From a virus, in the IMG/VR virus record IMGVR_UViG_3300025769_000068: 64,000 nucleotides of DNA, one strand, 5' to 3'. This document shows positions 48,144 through 57,261 of the stretch, one piece after another. A model generated the notes under the pieces. The model did no database searches. It was given only the letters and a program-made list of their open reading frames with translations, and had not been told where the DNA came from. Made by a program: the position numbers and the translations under genes. Position 1 is the first letter of the stretch. Each line of letters opens with the position of its first letter.

Positions 48144-48197
48144 TGACGGATGATATCTTGAATCTAGAATTAACTAGATAATAACCTGAATCCGTCA
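48144..48197 (-). ncRNA. Structured dual-arm element, unit 3
   Basis: + strand: TGACGGA TGAT-ATCT-TGAA TCTAG AATTAA CTAGA TAAT-AACC-TGAA TCCGTCA. Confidence 0.7.
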
Positions 48198-48299
48198 TTG
48201 TTTTGGGTTCGCGGGCAAAGGTCTACGCACGGGTTCCTTAGATGTTGGTCTAGGTTGCCCCGGTGAAGTCAGTGGGAATTTCTTTACTTCTTCGCTCAT
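48195..48299 (-). CDS. Small Pro/Arg-rich peptide (34 aa), below the ORF-track cutoff
   Basis: MSEEVKKFPLTSPGQPRPTSKEPVRRPLPANPKQ*, with AAGGA upstream. It fills the gap between the PAP2 gene and unit 3. Confidence 0.45.
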   Translation of the reverse strand: MSEEVKKFPLTSPGQPRPTSKEPVRRPLPANPKQ

Positions 48300-48951
48300 T
48301 TTTCAATCTTTCCTTTACTTTTGGGAATAAAAATTCTGCAACTATCATCCCAGCCTTGTTATCTGATGGATAGTGGACTCCCTGTAATATTCTAGCAATT
48401 CCAGCTTGTTTTGCCAACTCAAAAAATTCTTTGCGATACTGCGGATATTTTTCTGAAAACAAGTGCGCTGCAATAGCAGCGTAAATCGTATGACCGCTAG
48501 GATACGCAGGTGTATGGTGAGTTTCTGTATACAACACATTAATTTTTGTATTCAAATATGGAGCTATTTGTTCAGGTCTTGGTCTATTAAAATAATATTT
48601 TAAAGCATACGTGTATGGCTCTACAAGGTTATAATATTGATCAAACTCACTTCTATTTTCTTTTATGCTTTTGCTTTCTAGAAAATCAAAAAATAAATGC
48701 AGAGGATCGTCATCTACTTTATATACTAACTCTACAGCCTTGTTAGATCTTTTCTTTGTTGCTTCAGCTACTATTTCTAATTCTTTACTGGTAGATAGAC
48801 TATTATTTTTAGGAGGTTGCGGTAAAATATTTTTCCAATTAATATTTAAAGCCCCCTGTCCACTTTCGTATACAAAGTCTTTAGAGTATTTTAAATCTTT
48901 TAATTTTACTTTAGCGTCTATAATTGCGGCTACATTATTTATTAAGCTCAT
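48250..48951 (-). CDS. PAP2 superfamily phosphatase or haloperoxidase-like protein
   Basis: All three PAP2 motifs are present: KYYFNRPRP, YPSGH, RILQGVHYPSD. Confidence 0.88.
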   Translation of the reverse strand: MSLINNVAAIIDAKVKLKDLKYSKDFVYESGQGALNINWKNILPQPPKNNSLSTSKELEIVAEATKKRSNKAVELVYKVDDDPLHLFFDFLESKSIKENRSEFDQYYNLVEPYTYALKYYFNRPRPEQIAPYLNTKINVLYTETHHTPAYPSGHTIYAAIAAHLFSEKYPQYRKEFFELAKQAGIARILQGVHYPSDNKAGMIVAEFLFPKVKERLKNERRSKEIPTDFTGAT

Positions 48952-49156
48952 ATTCTCTCTCGCTAAATACTTTTTCTAGTCTTTGTACTAATTTAGTACC
49001 AGCCCTACGTCTAAAACATGGCAATAAACCATGTATACATAAATATACACCAGCTCTTATACATATTAAACCATGACCTACGGCAAATCTAAAATGTTGC
49101 CAATAGGTCATGTTATTTTCATTTAGATGCTCATTCCATTTTTTTCTTAGTGTCAT
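48935..49156 (-). CDS. Small conserved protein (DUF6356-like from memory)
   Basis: HLNENNMTYWQHFRFA...IHGLLP pattern. The likely start is the ATG at 49156. Confidence 0.6.
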   Translation of the reverse strand: MTLRKKWNEHLNENNMTYWQHFRFAVGHGLICIRAGVYLCIHGLLPCFRRRAGTKLVQRLEKVFSEREYELNK

Positions 49157-49157
49157 T

Positions 49158-49751
49158 TTACCAAGCCTTACAAGACCAATAGCGAGCTTTCCAACGTGGA
49201 CCCGGATTGTCGCAGTTATGTCTAGCCCTGAAGGACTTTCTACGTGCTGGATTATCTTTTTTGATTTCCATATTAGGATCGCCAAAGTTAACCTTTACTA
49301 CATTACCCTTATCATTTTTTACGTAAACGCTTCTCTTCTTAGGGCCGTCTGGAGTTAAGAATGGCTTGCCAATCTTTACCTTTCTGCCTTGATATTCAGC
49401 GGCTTTGTTTTTACGAAGCAGCTCAAAATCTTCTTTGTCAATTTTACCATCTTTGTTTTTGTCAAGAGCCTTCTTTTGTTTTTCAGACGGAGCTGATTGA
49501 GCTTTTTTCCAAGCTTCTGGATCTGGCCTGTCCTTATCGCCCTTTTTGGCAGGCTTATAATTCTTACCTTCACGTTCTTTCTTTTTACGAATATTTTCCC
49601 ACAGCGATGCAGCGTCATGCTCCTCTACTTCTTCACCAAAATCTTCATATTCTGCTTCTGCTGGTATGTAAAAATTTTCTTCAGTTAGATTCTCCGTAAA
49701 GCCAAACGTGTCAGCATTATACCGTTTGTCAGCATCTTCTAAATTAAACAT
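49158..49751 (-). CDS. Conserved phage protein with an EF-hand-like loop and a basic C-terminal domain
   Basis: DKNKDGKIDKED EF-hand pattern; C-terminal KVNFGDPNM...RRKSFRARHNC...ARYWSC. Confidence 0.6.
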   Translation of the reverse strand: MFNLEDADKRYNADTFGFTENLTEENFYIPAEAEYEDFGEEVEEHDAASLWENIRKKKEREGKNYKPAKKGDKDRPDPEAWKKAQSAPSEKQKKALDKNKDGKIDKEDFELLRKNKAAEYQGRKVKIGKPFLTPDGPKKRSVYVKNDKGNVVKVNFGDPNMEIKKDNPARRKSFRARHNCDNPGPRWKARYWSCKAW

Positions 49752-49764
49752 AAAGACTCTCCTT

Positions 49765-50613
49765 TTAGATTGTTTTTTTAGCTTCTTCCAATAAAAAGTC
49801 TAAACTTTTTTGAGGTATTCTTCCAGAAAAATTGTTATATATATCCTTGATCATTTGATGTTCGGGGTCTTTGGTAATTTCTAACCATCCTACAAAATAA
49901 TTCCACACTCTATCTTCTAGGATAAGTGGGTACTTTACACCGTGAGGTCTACCAAACCTGTGTAACCAATCAAATCCGGGTAGACATACAGCTTTTCCAC
50001 CGTTCCTACGGAATTTTTCGTGAATATATCCTTCCTCCCCTCCAAATCCTCTAAATAGTGGGTTAAAACCTAGCCATGCGCTAGTTCTACAAGAAAATAC
50101 ACCTAATCCTTGCATTGGTATCTCAAATGGCTCCTTTTTGGCTAAATTTTCGCTGTCTGTAGCCCATTGACCATACATGTCACCTCCCCACGTTGGTTTG
50201 AAATGAGTGGAAGGAGACTTAAGATCGTCATAAATTAGAGGTCCATGTATAATGTCTTTAGAATAAGGGTTATTTTTATAATATTCAAGTAGATTATCTA
50301 TAGCATTTTTAAAAAATAGCACATGACAATCCATAGATATGCAGTATTTTCCAGTAGCATTCTTAAAAATCTCATTTCTTGTAGATGTACTAGCTTTATG
50401 TGTAAATGGTATGTATTTACCGTTTGGAACCCACCCATCTATCAAATCTTTAACGCACTTACCGTGTGGTCCGCTTGGGTTGTTATCTACAACTATGATT
50501 TCAACCAGATCTGTATTTACTACGTCGTGATACATTCTAAGAGCCTGCACTGAAAAGTACACGCCGTCAAAATCATCATACGTAGCCATGCCTATTGTTA
50601 ATAATTTTTCCAT
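49765..50613 (-). CDS. Glycosyltransferase family 2 (GT-A)
   Basis: LTIGMATYD...EIIVVDN...RN...ATGKYCISMDCH...GFNPLFRGFGGEE. Confidence 0.85.
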   Translation of the reverse strand: MEKLLTIGMATYDDFDGVYFSVQALRMYHDVVNTDLVEIIVVDNNPSGPHGKCVKDLIDGWVPNGKYIPFTHKASTSTRNEIFKNATGKYCISMDCHVLFFKNAIDNLLEYYKNNPYSKDIIHGPLIYDDLKSPSTHFKPTWGGDMYGQWATDSENLAKKEPFEIPMQGLGVFSCRTSAWLGFNPLFRGFGGEEGYIHEKFRRNGGKAVCLPGFDWLHRFGRPHGVKYPLILEDRVWNYFVGWLEITKDPEHQMIKDIYNNFSGRIPQKSLDFLLEEAKKTI

Positions 50614-50616
50614 ATT

Positions 50617-51654
50617 TTACCCCGGAGCTTCGTAAAAACTAAGATTAAATCCTTCTTTAGTACAATCTTGTATTGTTTTGTCCATTCCATGATCTGTTAC
50701 GTGTTGTTCTACGTATTCGCACATGCTTATATCAGTTTCGGGCCATTTAGTTTTACAAAAATGACACAATCTTGTGCATTTCCAGTGTTTTCTTGTGGAA
50801 TCTAATGGTTTTGGAACAATATTTTGTCTAATTTCCTGTACTCTGTTTTTTAACATTTCCAAGAATCTTCCTTCGTCTTCTGGAGAAAAGCATAAACTGA
50901 AAGGAGAGGGGTCAGGATTACCATCTTTATCTTTATAGAAGAATATGCTCATAATTCTATTTGGAAACTCTGGATATAGTTTTGATATAGCATAATAGTA
51001 AAGCAAGAGTTGTGGATCATTTTCTAATTTCTTGTAATCTTTTACCTCTCCAGTGGTCCAATCCATTCTCCTCCCAGTTTTCCAATCGACTACCTCTATT
51101 GTATCATCATTAATTTTAGTTACAAGGTCAATTGTACCTTTAATTGCTATTTGTCCTTTAAATACCTCTCCGTTTTGTTCATACTCAAACTTAGCCCAAT
51201 CCTCTTCAATTGGTATATCAAAATGAGGTTCTGGGAAGTGTATATCTCTTAACCTTGGATCAAACTGACCGTCACTGTGCTGTAGGAAGCACCAAGCTGT
51301 TGTTGCTATTTCTTCTCTATCTTTGCTACTGAACTTGTGGGGTGATTTTTTGGCATAAGAATCTATGCTAAGATCAATTAATTTATTTACTAATTCGTCA
51401 GTATGTAGTTCTTCTTTTCGGCACTTAAATTTACCAATAGCATCGTCATCAACCTTTAAGAACTTGACTTTGGGCTTATCTTGTTCATACTTCTTTAATC
51501 CAGCCAAGACTTCCATTACCTTATGAACCATTGTACCCATGTCTGCTTTCTTCCCACTTTTAGACTGATAGCCCAGAACATACGTCATAAAGTATTGCAT
51601 TTCACAATATCCATAATTATTGTAGCTTGACGATCTAATGTAGGTTATTAACAT
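50617..51654 (-). CDS. PD-(D/E)XK exonuclease (RecB/Cas4-like)
   Basis: GTMVHKVME...KGTIDLV...VVDWKTG...QLLLY, with an N-terminal Cys and C-terminal CTRLCHFC...C. Confidence 0.85.
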   Translation of the reverse strand: MLITYIRSSSYNNYGYCEMQYFMTYVLGYQSKSGKKADMGTMVHKVMEVLAGLKKYEQDKPKVKFLKVDDDAIGKFKCRKEELHTDELVNKLIDLSIDSYAKKSPHKFSSKDREEIATTAWCFLQHSDGQFDPRLRDIHFPEPHFDIPIEEDWAKFEYEQNGEVFKGQIAIKGTIDLVTKINDDTIEVVDWKTGRRMDWTTGEVKDYKKLENDPQLLLYYYAISKLYPEFPNRIMSIFFYKDKDGNPDPSPFSLCFSPEDEGRFLEMLKNRVQEIRQNIVPKPLDSTRKHWKCTRLCHFCKTKWPETDISMCEYVEQHVTDHGMDKTIQDCTKEGFNLSFYEAPG

Positions 51655-51655
51655 G

Positions 51656-52363
51656 TTAGTTGCTCCAAAGGTGGTTTATTTTTTCTAAGTATTTTATTAG
51701 TTTATCTATATGGCTATCATTATTATCAATAATATAATCAAAATTAGCCCAATCATATTTTTCAAGACTTAGCGCAGTTTCGCAGTAATGGTCGCTTGCA
51801 TATGGATTCCTTGTTAGCCTCAATACAATTCCTCCAGCTTTATGTATAGCTTCTACTTCGTTAGGGAATCTTACATCTGGTATCAAGGCTATTTCTGATT
51901 TTTCTTTTAGTATTGTTTTAATTGTATAGTCTACCCATATCGTATCTTTAATCTTTCGCATCACATCTGTACCAAGATACTGCAAAAATTCTCTAGATGT
52001 TTTGCCATATGGTGTCATGGTATTTTTATCATCATCTGTACCGTAAACTTGTTGAGGCTCAAGATCAAACAAGTCGATGCACATTTTTTTTAAACAGTCT
52101 GCGAAGTGATATATTTTAATATGAGGCCATAGGTTGAGGTCAGCGTACTCTATGAAGTCTTTGTCTTTTCTAGTTACGTCAAAGATTCCCCAGCCCTGAT
52201 GACCAGAAGAATCTAAGGTTTGGATTTCTAGCTGTCCATCCAAGTTTATCTTAAAGTCAGAAATCATTTCCATTTGTTTTAATACTGAGCCATTTATAAA
52301 GTTGGCTACAGTATTTTTACCAGCTTGTTTTGTGCCTGAAATTCCTATTATCTTAGCCATCAA
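51656..52363 (-). CDS. Deoxynucleoside monophosphate kinase
   Basis: IIGISGTKQAGKNT, FADCLK, REFLQYLGTDVMR, IPDVRFPNE. Confidence 0.88.
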   Translation of the reverse strand: MMAKIIGISGTKQAGKNTVANFINGSVLKQMEMISDFKINLDGQLEIQTLDSSGHQGWGIFDVTRKDKDFIEYADLNLWPHIKIYHFADCLKKMCIDLFDLEPQQVYGTDDDKNTMTPYGKTSREFLQYLGTDVMRKIKDTIWVDYTIKTILKEKSEIALIPDVRFPNEVEAIHKAGGIVLRLTRNPYASDHYCETALSLEKYDWANFDYIIDNNDSHIDKLIKYLEKINHLWSN

Positions 52364-53382
52364 TAAGTACCTCTTAAGTTAGCTAGTATTTCTTTTTTAA
52401 TTTTCTTGATATCCATATCGCCAATATCTTTTTGTATAAATTTTGGAAATGTTAATTTATAAAGTCTATTTAGCTGTCTTTGTATTTGTACTTTAGATTC
52501 TCTACCAGCTTGATCGTTATCTGTTAAAATTATAAGATGCGTTATAGGTAGTTTTAGTAGTTTGTTTTTTTGCTGTTCAGTTATAGTCTTTCCAAATATA
52601 CTAACTACATTTAAAACGCCAGCTTCATATAATTTCCAAACATCCCCTTGACCTTCTACTATATAAAGGCAGGATGTTTCTTCAGCCTTCTTCATAGCCC
52701 TGTGGTAATTATAAAAGTAGTATCTTTTATCAAACCCTTTAGGATTAAATAAAAATTTGGGCATTCTATAATCGCGCATAGATCTTCCGATGATGCCAAC
52801 CACATCTTTACCATCATCGTCGTGTATTGGTATGATTGCCCTTTCCTTCATTATACCATTTGCATGACAATCTCCCACACCAAAATATTTCATAGTCTTT
52901 TTATTAAATCCTCTTGCTATAAAGTATTCTGATGGTATTGACAGGTCATAGTCAATAGTTATTGGCTTATGAGTATTAAGGACTTCTTTTTCTTTTAGTA
53001 TCTTTATTGTTTCATATATTGAATCTTCTTCTACTTCTTCAGTTTTTGTGGGGACTTTTGAGTATGTTTGTTTAATGTTTAGGATTTTACAGGCCCATTG
53101 TAAAGCTTCTTTAAATTCTACATCCTTTCCTTCTTGCGCTGATAACGCTCCTGCTATCAGGCCAAATATATCATTTCTATATTCTTCTTGACATTCTCTA
53201 GTCCAACATTTCCACATTCCTCTCTGTGGAGAAAAAGAAAATGCTCTAGGATTATCACTTCCTTCATGCACTGGGCATGTTGAATATATATTATCAGAGA
53301 AAACTTCACATTTCATTCCCAGCTCACTGAAAATTAGTTCTGCATTTTCATTCAGTTTTTTCTTGATCTGTTGCAAGTTCAT
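52360..53382 (-). CDS. DNA primase (zinc finger plus TOPRIM)
   Basis: CPVH...WKCWTREC zinc finger; IVEGQGD and TDNDQAG TOPRIM motifs. Confidence 0.9.
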   Translation of the reverse strand: MNLQQIKKKLNENAELIFSELGMKCEVFSDNIYSTCPVHEGSDNPRAFSFSPQRGMWKCWTRECQEEYRNDIFGLIAGALSAQEGKDVEFKEALQWACKILNIKQTYSKVPTKTEEVEEDSIYETIKILKEKEVLNTHKPITIDYDLSIPSEYFIARGFNKKTMKYFGVGDCHANGIMKERAIIPIHDDDGKDVVGIIGRSMRDYRMPKFLFNPKGFDKRYYFYNYHRAMKKAEETSCLYIVEGQGDVWKLYEAGVLNVVSIFGKTITEQQKNKLLKLPITHLIILTDNDQAGRESKVQIQRQLNRLYKLTFPKFIQKDIGDMDIKKIKKEILANLRGTY

Positions 53383-54820
53383 TTGCTAATTTCTTCATAG
53401 AGTCATTATTAATTAATCCCGTGTCGCCAATTGGCTGATTCTTTAATTCATTTCTTGTTTGAAGTTCTATAAGTTTTGCGTGTGCGCCTTGCATTTGCAT
53501 ATTTATATAATCTCCATCGTCCATTCCAGCGCCATGTCTAGAAACAATCGGCACTAGTTTTCTATTGCCAGCATTTGGTCCATCTTCTGCAAGCTCTTCT
53601 GTAGACTTAGCTTTAAATATTGTAAAAGACGTACACAACCATATCAATCGGTCTGACCCACTCACAGCGTCAGTACTTTCTTTGGTGATACCATCTCTAT
53701 TTAATTGCACGAAAGATAAACATGGCATGTCTAGCTTAACACATAAATTATGAAGTGAAGTTATTTGAAAACCTAGAGCCTGATATTCCTGTATATTGTT
53801 TGTAATAGAATTAGATGACATCAGCTTTAGATAATCATAGATAATTAAGCAGTCATTTGTCTTCCCATTTTCATCTGTCTTCACTTCTTGTACAATCCAC
53901 CGCTTGATCACATTAAGTATCTGTTCAAACGGCTTTCCTGCGACCGTGGCGTAACTGTATGGTATGTTAGATAAATGATCAACAGCTTTTTGTACATTAT
54001 CCATCTTCAATGGATCTTCTGCAAATTTACCAGTAGCAACTTCATTAATAGGAACCTTGCTAATATTAGCTATAAGTCTATTTAGATGGTCCTCTTTTGA
54101 CATTTCTGTATCTAATACTAGGACGGGGACTCCGGTGGAGGATACATTAAGGGCAACATTATCAGCGAATACTGACTTACCAACTTTTGGTCTTGCAGAT
54201 ATAAGATCAACGCATTTTCGTCTAAGACCACCGCCAATGGCTTCGTCGTACCTAGCGAACCCCGTGGGTATACCAATGATATCGCACTGATTTTCTTCGA
54301 GAAATTTGACATAATCTTCTACTCCCTCGCCAATCTTTTCTGGATGTTCTCCACCATCATCCTCGCGTAAAAAATCTGTAACAGGATCTTCTAGCTTTTG
54401 TATAATTTCATTTATTGTTTCTGACCCAGTGACATCATCCATATCTTTGTTTACTTTACTTGTAAGTTTTTTAATCTTACGAGCAAACTCAAACTTTTTC
54501 ATTTGAGCTGCAAACTTTATGATATTATTTTTGTCTACTGGAAAATCAAACAGCGACTTTATATACTTAAGTTCTTGCTTAGTATTTATAGTCTCAGAAA
54601 ATTTTAATTGTTCTGCGGCAGAAAGAAGTGAAGCAATATCTACGGACTGATCGTTATTAATAATATGCTTTACACACTTGTATATAATTTGATTATTGTG
54701 ATTGCCAAACGTGTCATCATTTACAAAATCTGATACAGTTATGTAGCCATCAATACCATACTGGATTAAACCAGCTAGCACTGCCCGTTCTGCACCGACA
54801 TCTAATAGTTTATCTTGCAT
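53348..54820 (-). CDS. dnaB: Replicative DnaB-family helicase
   Basis: GIPTGF, ARPKVGKS (Walker A), DTEM, IIYDYLKLM, QLNR. Confidence 0.92.
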   Translation of the reverse strand: MQDKLLDVGAERAVLAGLIQYGIDGYITVSDFVNDDTFGNHNNQIIYKCVKHIINNDQSVDIASLLSAAEQLKFSETINTKQELKYIKSLFDFPVDKNNIIKFAAQMKKFEFARKIKKLTSKVNKDMDDVTGSETINEIIQKLEDPVTDFLREDDGGEHPEKIGEGVEDYVKFLEENQCDIIGIPTGFARYDEAIGGGLRRKCVDLISARPKVGKSVFADNVALNVSSTGVPVLVLDTEMSKEDHLNRLIANISKVPINEVATGKFAEDPLKMDNVQKAVDHLSNIPYSYATVAGKPFEQILNVIKRWIVQEVKTDENGKTNDCLIIYDYLKLMSSNSITNNIQEYQALGFQITSLHNLCVKLDMPCLSFVQLNRDGITKESTDAVSGSDRLIWLCTSFTIFKAKSTEELAEDGPNAGNRKLVPIVSRHGAGMDDGDYINMQMQGAHAKLIELQTRNELKNQPIGDTGLINNDSMKKLANELATDQEKTE

Positions 54821-55215
54821 TATCTACCTGTACACCTATCACACCTATAATATTCCCCATATACAATATTAGCATTTACTTGGTACTTTTTACCACAAGC
54901 ATTGCATGTTACGTGTTTCTTTTTTGGTGGTGGTCTATTTCTGGGAGTTCTATGCACATTTGGAGTCTCTACTTCTTTGTGTTCTCCAGTGTCTGTCCAA
55001 GTATTTTCCCTTGCTTTTACTGGCTCCCTACGACGATTTGATCCCAAAGTAGACTTTTTAACTACTCTAAAATCATCTGTAATGTCGTTTGTTTCTTCTA
55101 GTTCTGATTGTATGTGTGGAGGGTGCGTAGAAAATGCTTCTTTGCTATTTAAAGCTTTGATTAAAGCCTCTTTTTGTTCCACACTCAATGTCTTAACAAA
55201 CTCATCCATACTCAT
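54820..55215 (-). CDS. Hypothetical protein with C-terminal zinc ribbon
   Basis: CNAC...CDRC. Confidence 0.6.
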   Translation of the reverse strand: MSMDEFVKTLSVEQKEALIKALNSKEAFSTHPPHIQSELEETNDITDDFRVVKKSTLGSNRRREPVKARENTWTDTGEHKEVETPNVHRTPRNRPPPKKKHVTCNACGKKYQVNANIVYGEYYRCDRCTGR

Positions 55216-55697
55216 AATCTTTTACCTTTCTCTAGTAATATATCTGCTTTACGTTTCAATTCATATATTTTACCGTCAAGTGCCTGTATCCTTGACTCTG
55301 CAATCTCACGATAGTGATCTACTGTTGCTGCGTATTCATCGTTTACAATTATAAGTGGTCTACGTTCCTCATATTTAGTATACTTACTAAACTGATCGTG
55401 GTTTTTTGCAACCATTTTATTTAGCTTGTCGTTACACCAATTTAGAGCAATCTTCTGCATATTTAATTCATCTTGTAGATGTGTGGAGTAGCTATATAGT
55501 TGATACGACCAATCAAATAGTTCTGCTTGGGTAAGAGAACTGATGGTTTCCCTATCAGCATTAGCACATCTATGCCAATCATCTCTGAACTTCTTATTAA
55601 ACCTAGCATGACTAGCGTTTAAAAAGTCGTCAACCATAGCTTTCAAGTCAGCCAACTGCTCACTCGCCGTTTTCAATTTGTTCTCTCCACTGCTCAT
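55212..55697 (-). CDS. Coiled-coil protein, possibly a UvsY-like recombination mediator
   Basis: Helical, 161 aa, between the recA region and the helicase. Function is inferred from context. Confidence 0.35.
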   Translation of the reverse strand: MSSGENKLKTASEQLADLKAMVDDFLNASHARFNKKFRDDWHRCANADRETISSLTQAELFDWSYQLYSYSTHLQDELNMQKIALNWCNDKLNKMVAKNHDQFSKYTKYEERRPLIIVNDEYAATVDHYREIAESRIQALDGKIYELKRKADILLEKGKRL

Positions 55698-56085
55698 CTG
55701 TATCAGAATACTTCAATACTATTATATCAATTCTATTTAGTTTGCACCAATCTATTTTATCTTCATCCTTAGCTTTTGCAATAGCAAAATCGGCTTTGTT
55801 TTTATGAAAGAACGGTGTGTACTTATAATGTTGTTGACCATGAACTTCTATTGCTAGCATGATTTGTGGTATGTAAAAATCTAAATATAATACACCTTTC
55901 CTGTGGGACTCAGTGCTTCCCGGTAGTTTAACTTCTTCTAATATTCTGTAACTATGGTAGATAGTCTTAAGGAGTTTTCTTGCGCGAATGTGGAACTTTG
56001 ACCGTTTGCGATTGTCGTTTGCATCTACATTGTAGCTTGTTAAATTCCAAGCGTACTCTTTGCCATTTATACCTGTAACCTTCAT
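55660..56085 (-). CDS. DUF559/Vsr-like endonuclease
   Basis: LYLDFYIP...AIEVHGQQH...D..K..WC. Confidence 0.75.
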   Translation of the reverse strand: MKVTGINGKEYAWNLTSYNVDANDNRKRSKFHIRARKLLKTIYHSYRILEEVKLPGSTESHRKGVLYLDFYIPQIMLAIEVHGQQHYKYTPFFHKNKADFAIAKAKDEDKIDWCKLNRIDIIVLKYSDTDEQWREQIENGE

Positions 56086-56148
56086 TTAAAACCTCTGTAA
56101 TTATTTTAGATAGTAATATGCCTAAGCATATACTTATAATATTCTTTA

Positions 56149-57261
56149 TCAAAATAGCTCCTTTATCTTGTCATATACGAAAGAAGCAATTTGTGGATTC
56201 TCATTTAAAAATTCTGATAAGTTGTTTGATCCTTGAAATTTAAAAAATCTTTCTATGTCTTCTTCTTTATCAGAAATATTATTATCACTTAGTATCTTTT
56301 GTATTACCGGATCTTCTAAGTTATCGACCGCGCACTGTATTGTATACCAAGCACCAGCAGATTTAATTAATCTAAACTCACATGCTATCTGTACAACCTC
56401 TTGTACTTCGTCTAGCCCAATGCCATATCTAATCCAACTTTCCGCTGTGCTATTTGGAGTACCGCCAGCGCAAGATGTTTTGACGTTCCAGTTTGCTATC
56501 TGACCAACGTGAGGCCCAGTATCTTTTGGAATTTGCCATCGACCACGATGGGTGATTACCATGTTTGTACCAGCTTGATATTGCAACATATTTCCACAGT
56601 CTGCCATCTTTGCTGGTGCGTATGGAGATCCACCAGTGTTTGCGATATTGTGAGTAACAGCAATTAGTATTGTTTTATTCTTCATTAGAGAGCCACTAAT
56701 ACGTTTGAAAAACATAGATAGTAATCGAGGCAATGCGTTACGCACACCTGTACGAACTTCACCGTCTAGCTCTACTGATGGAACCATATTTGATAATGAA
56801 TCTGCAATGATCAAACAACCCGGATCATTATTAATGTAATACTCTGTAATGTTTAGAAACTCTTCTGCTGATAAAATCTTATCGTCTGTAGACTGTACAA
56901 TAAGAATTCCTTCAGGATCTAAACCTTTAATCCCATCAAAATTTTGCTTAGACAACCTACCTTCTGTGTTAAGATAAATGACACGTTTTCCTTGAGCTTG
57001 ACACTTTGCAGCAAAGTGCAATGCTGTCGTGGTTTTACCAGACTTAGGATCACCTGTCATGACCACTACAGATCCTTCTCTAAGTCCACCTCCCAACGCG
57101 ATGTCTAACGCTGGAGATACACCAATTACTTCCAATTGGTTAATATTTTCTAAGACCTCAGTACCAGTGCTAACAACATCTCCATATTTACTAACCACGG
57201 AATTGCTTACTACATCAGTGTCAAACTTATTAGATACTTTCTTCTTCTTAACTTTACTCAT
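56149..57261 (-). CDS. recA: RecA/UvsX-like recombinase
   Basis: SPALDIALGGG, GDPKSGKTT (Walker A), IIADSLS (Walker B), IRYGIG, SAGAWY. Confidence 0.88.
   Translation of the reverse strand: MSKVKKKKVSNKFDTDVVSNSVVSKYGDVVSTGTEVLENINQLEVIGVSPALDIALGGGLREGSVVVMTGDPKSGKTTTALHFAAKCQAQGKRVIYLNTEGRLSKQNFDGIKGLDPEGILIVQSTDDKILSAEEFLNITEYYINNDPGCLIIADSLSNMVPSVELDGEVRTGVRNALPRLLSMFFKRISGSLMKNKTILIAVTHNIANTGGSPYAPAKMADCGNMLQYQAGTNMVITHRGRWQIPKDTGPHVGQIANWNVKTSCAGGTPNSTAESWIRYGIGLDEVQEVVQIACEFRLIKSAGAWYTIQCAVDNLEDPVIQKILSDNNISDKEEDIERFFKFQGSNNLSEFLNENPQIASFVYDKIKELF

Noticed and set aside
48083-48197. Integron attC sites or double-stranded operator sites
   Set aside because: There are no paired RYYYAAC/GTTRRRY ends and no integrase in the window. 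The GA...TC bases flanking each arm change to preserve stem pairing (units 1, 5, 6), not a DNA palindrome, which argues against a simple operator.
55967-56152. 61-aa TTG-start ORF with a hydrophobic N-terminus after recA
   Set aside because: It mostly overlaps the endonuclease gene in another frame and has no recognisable motif. It cannot be supported, although a short peptide is not excluded.
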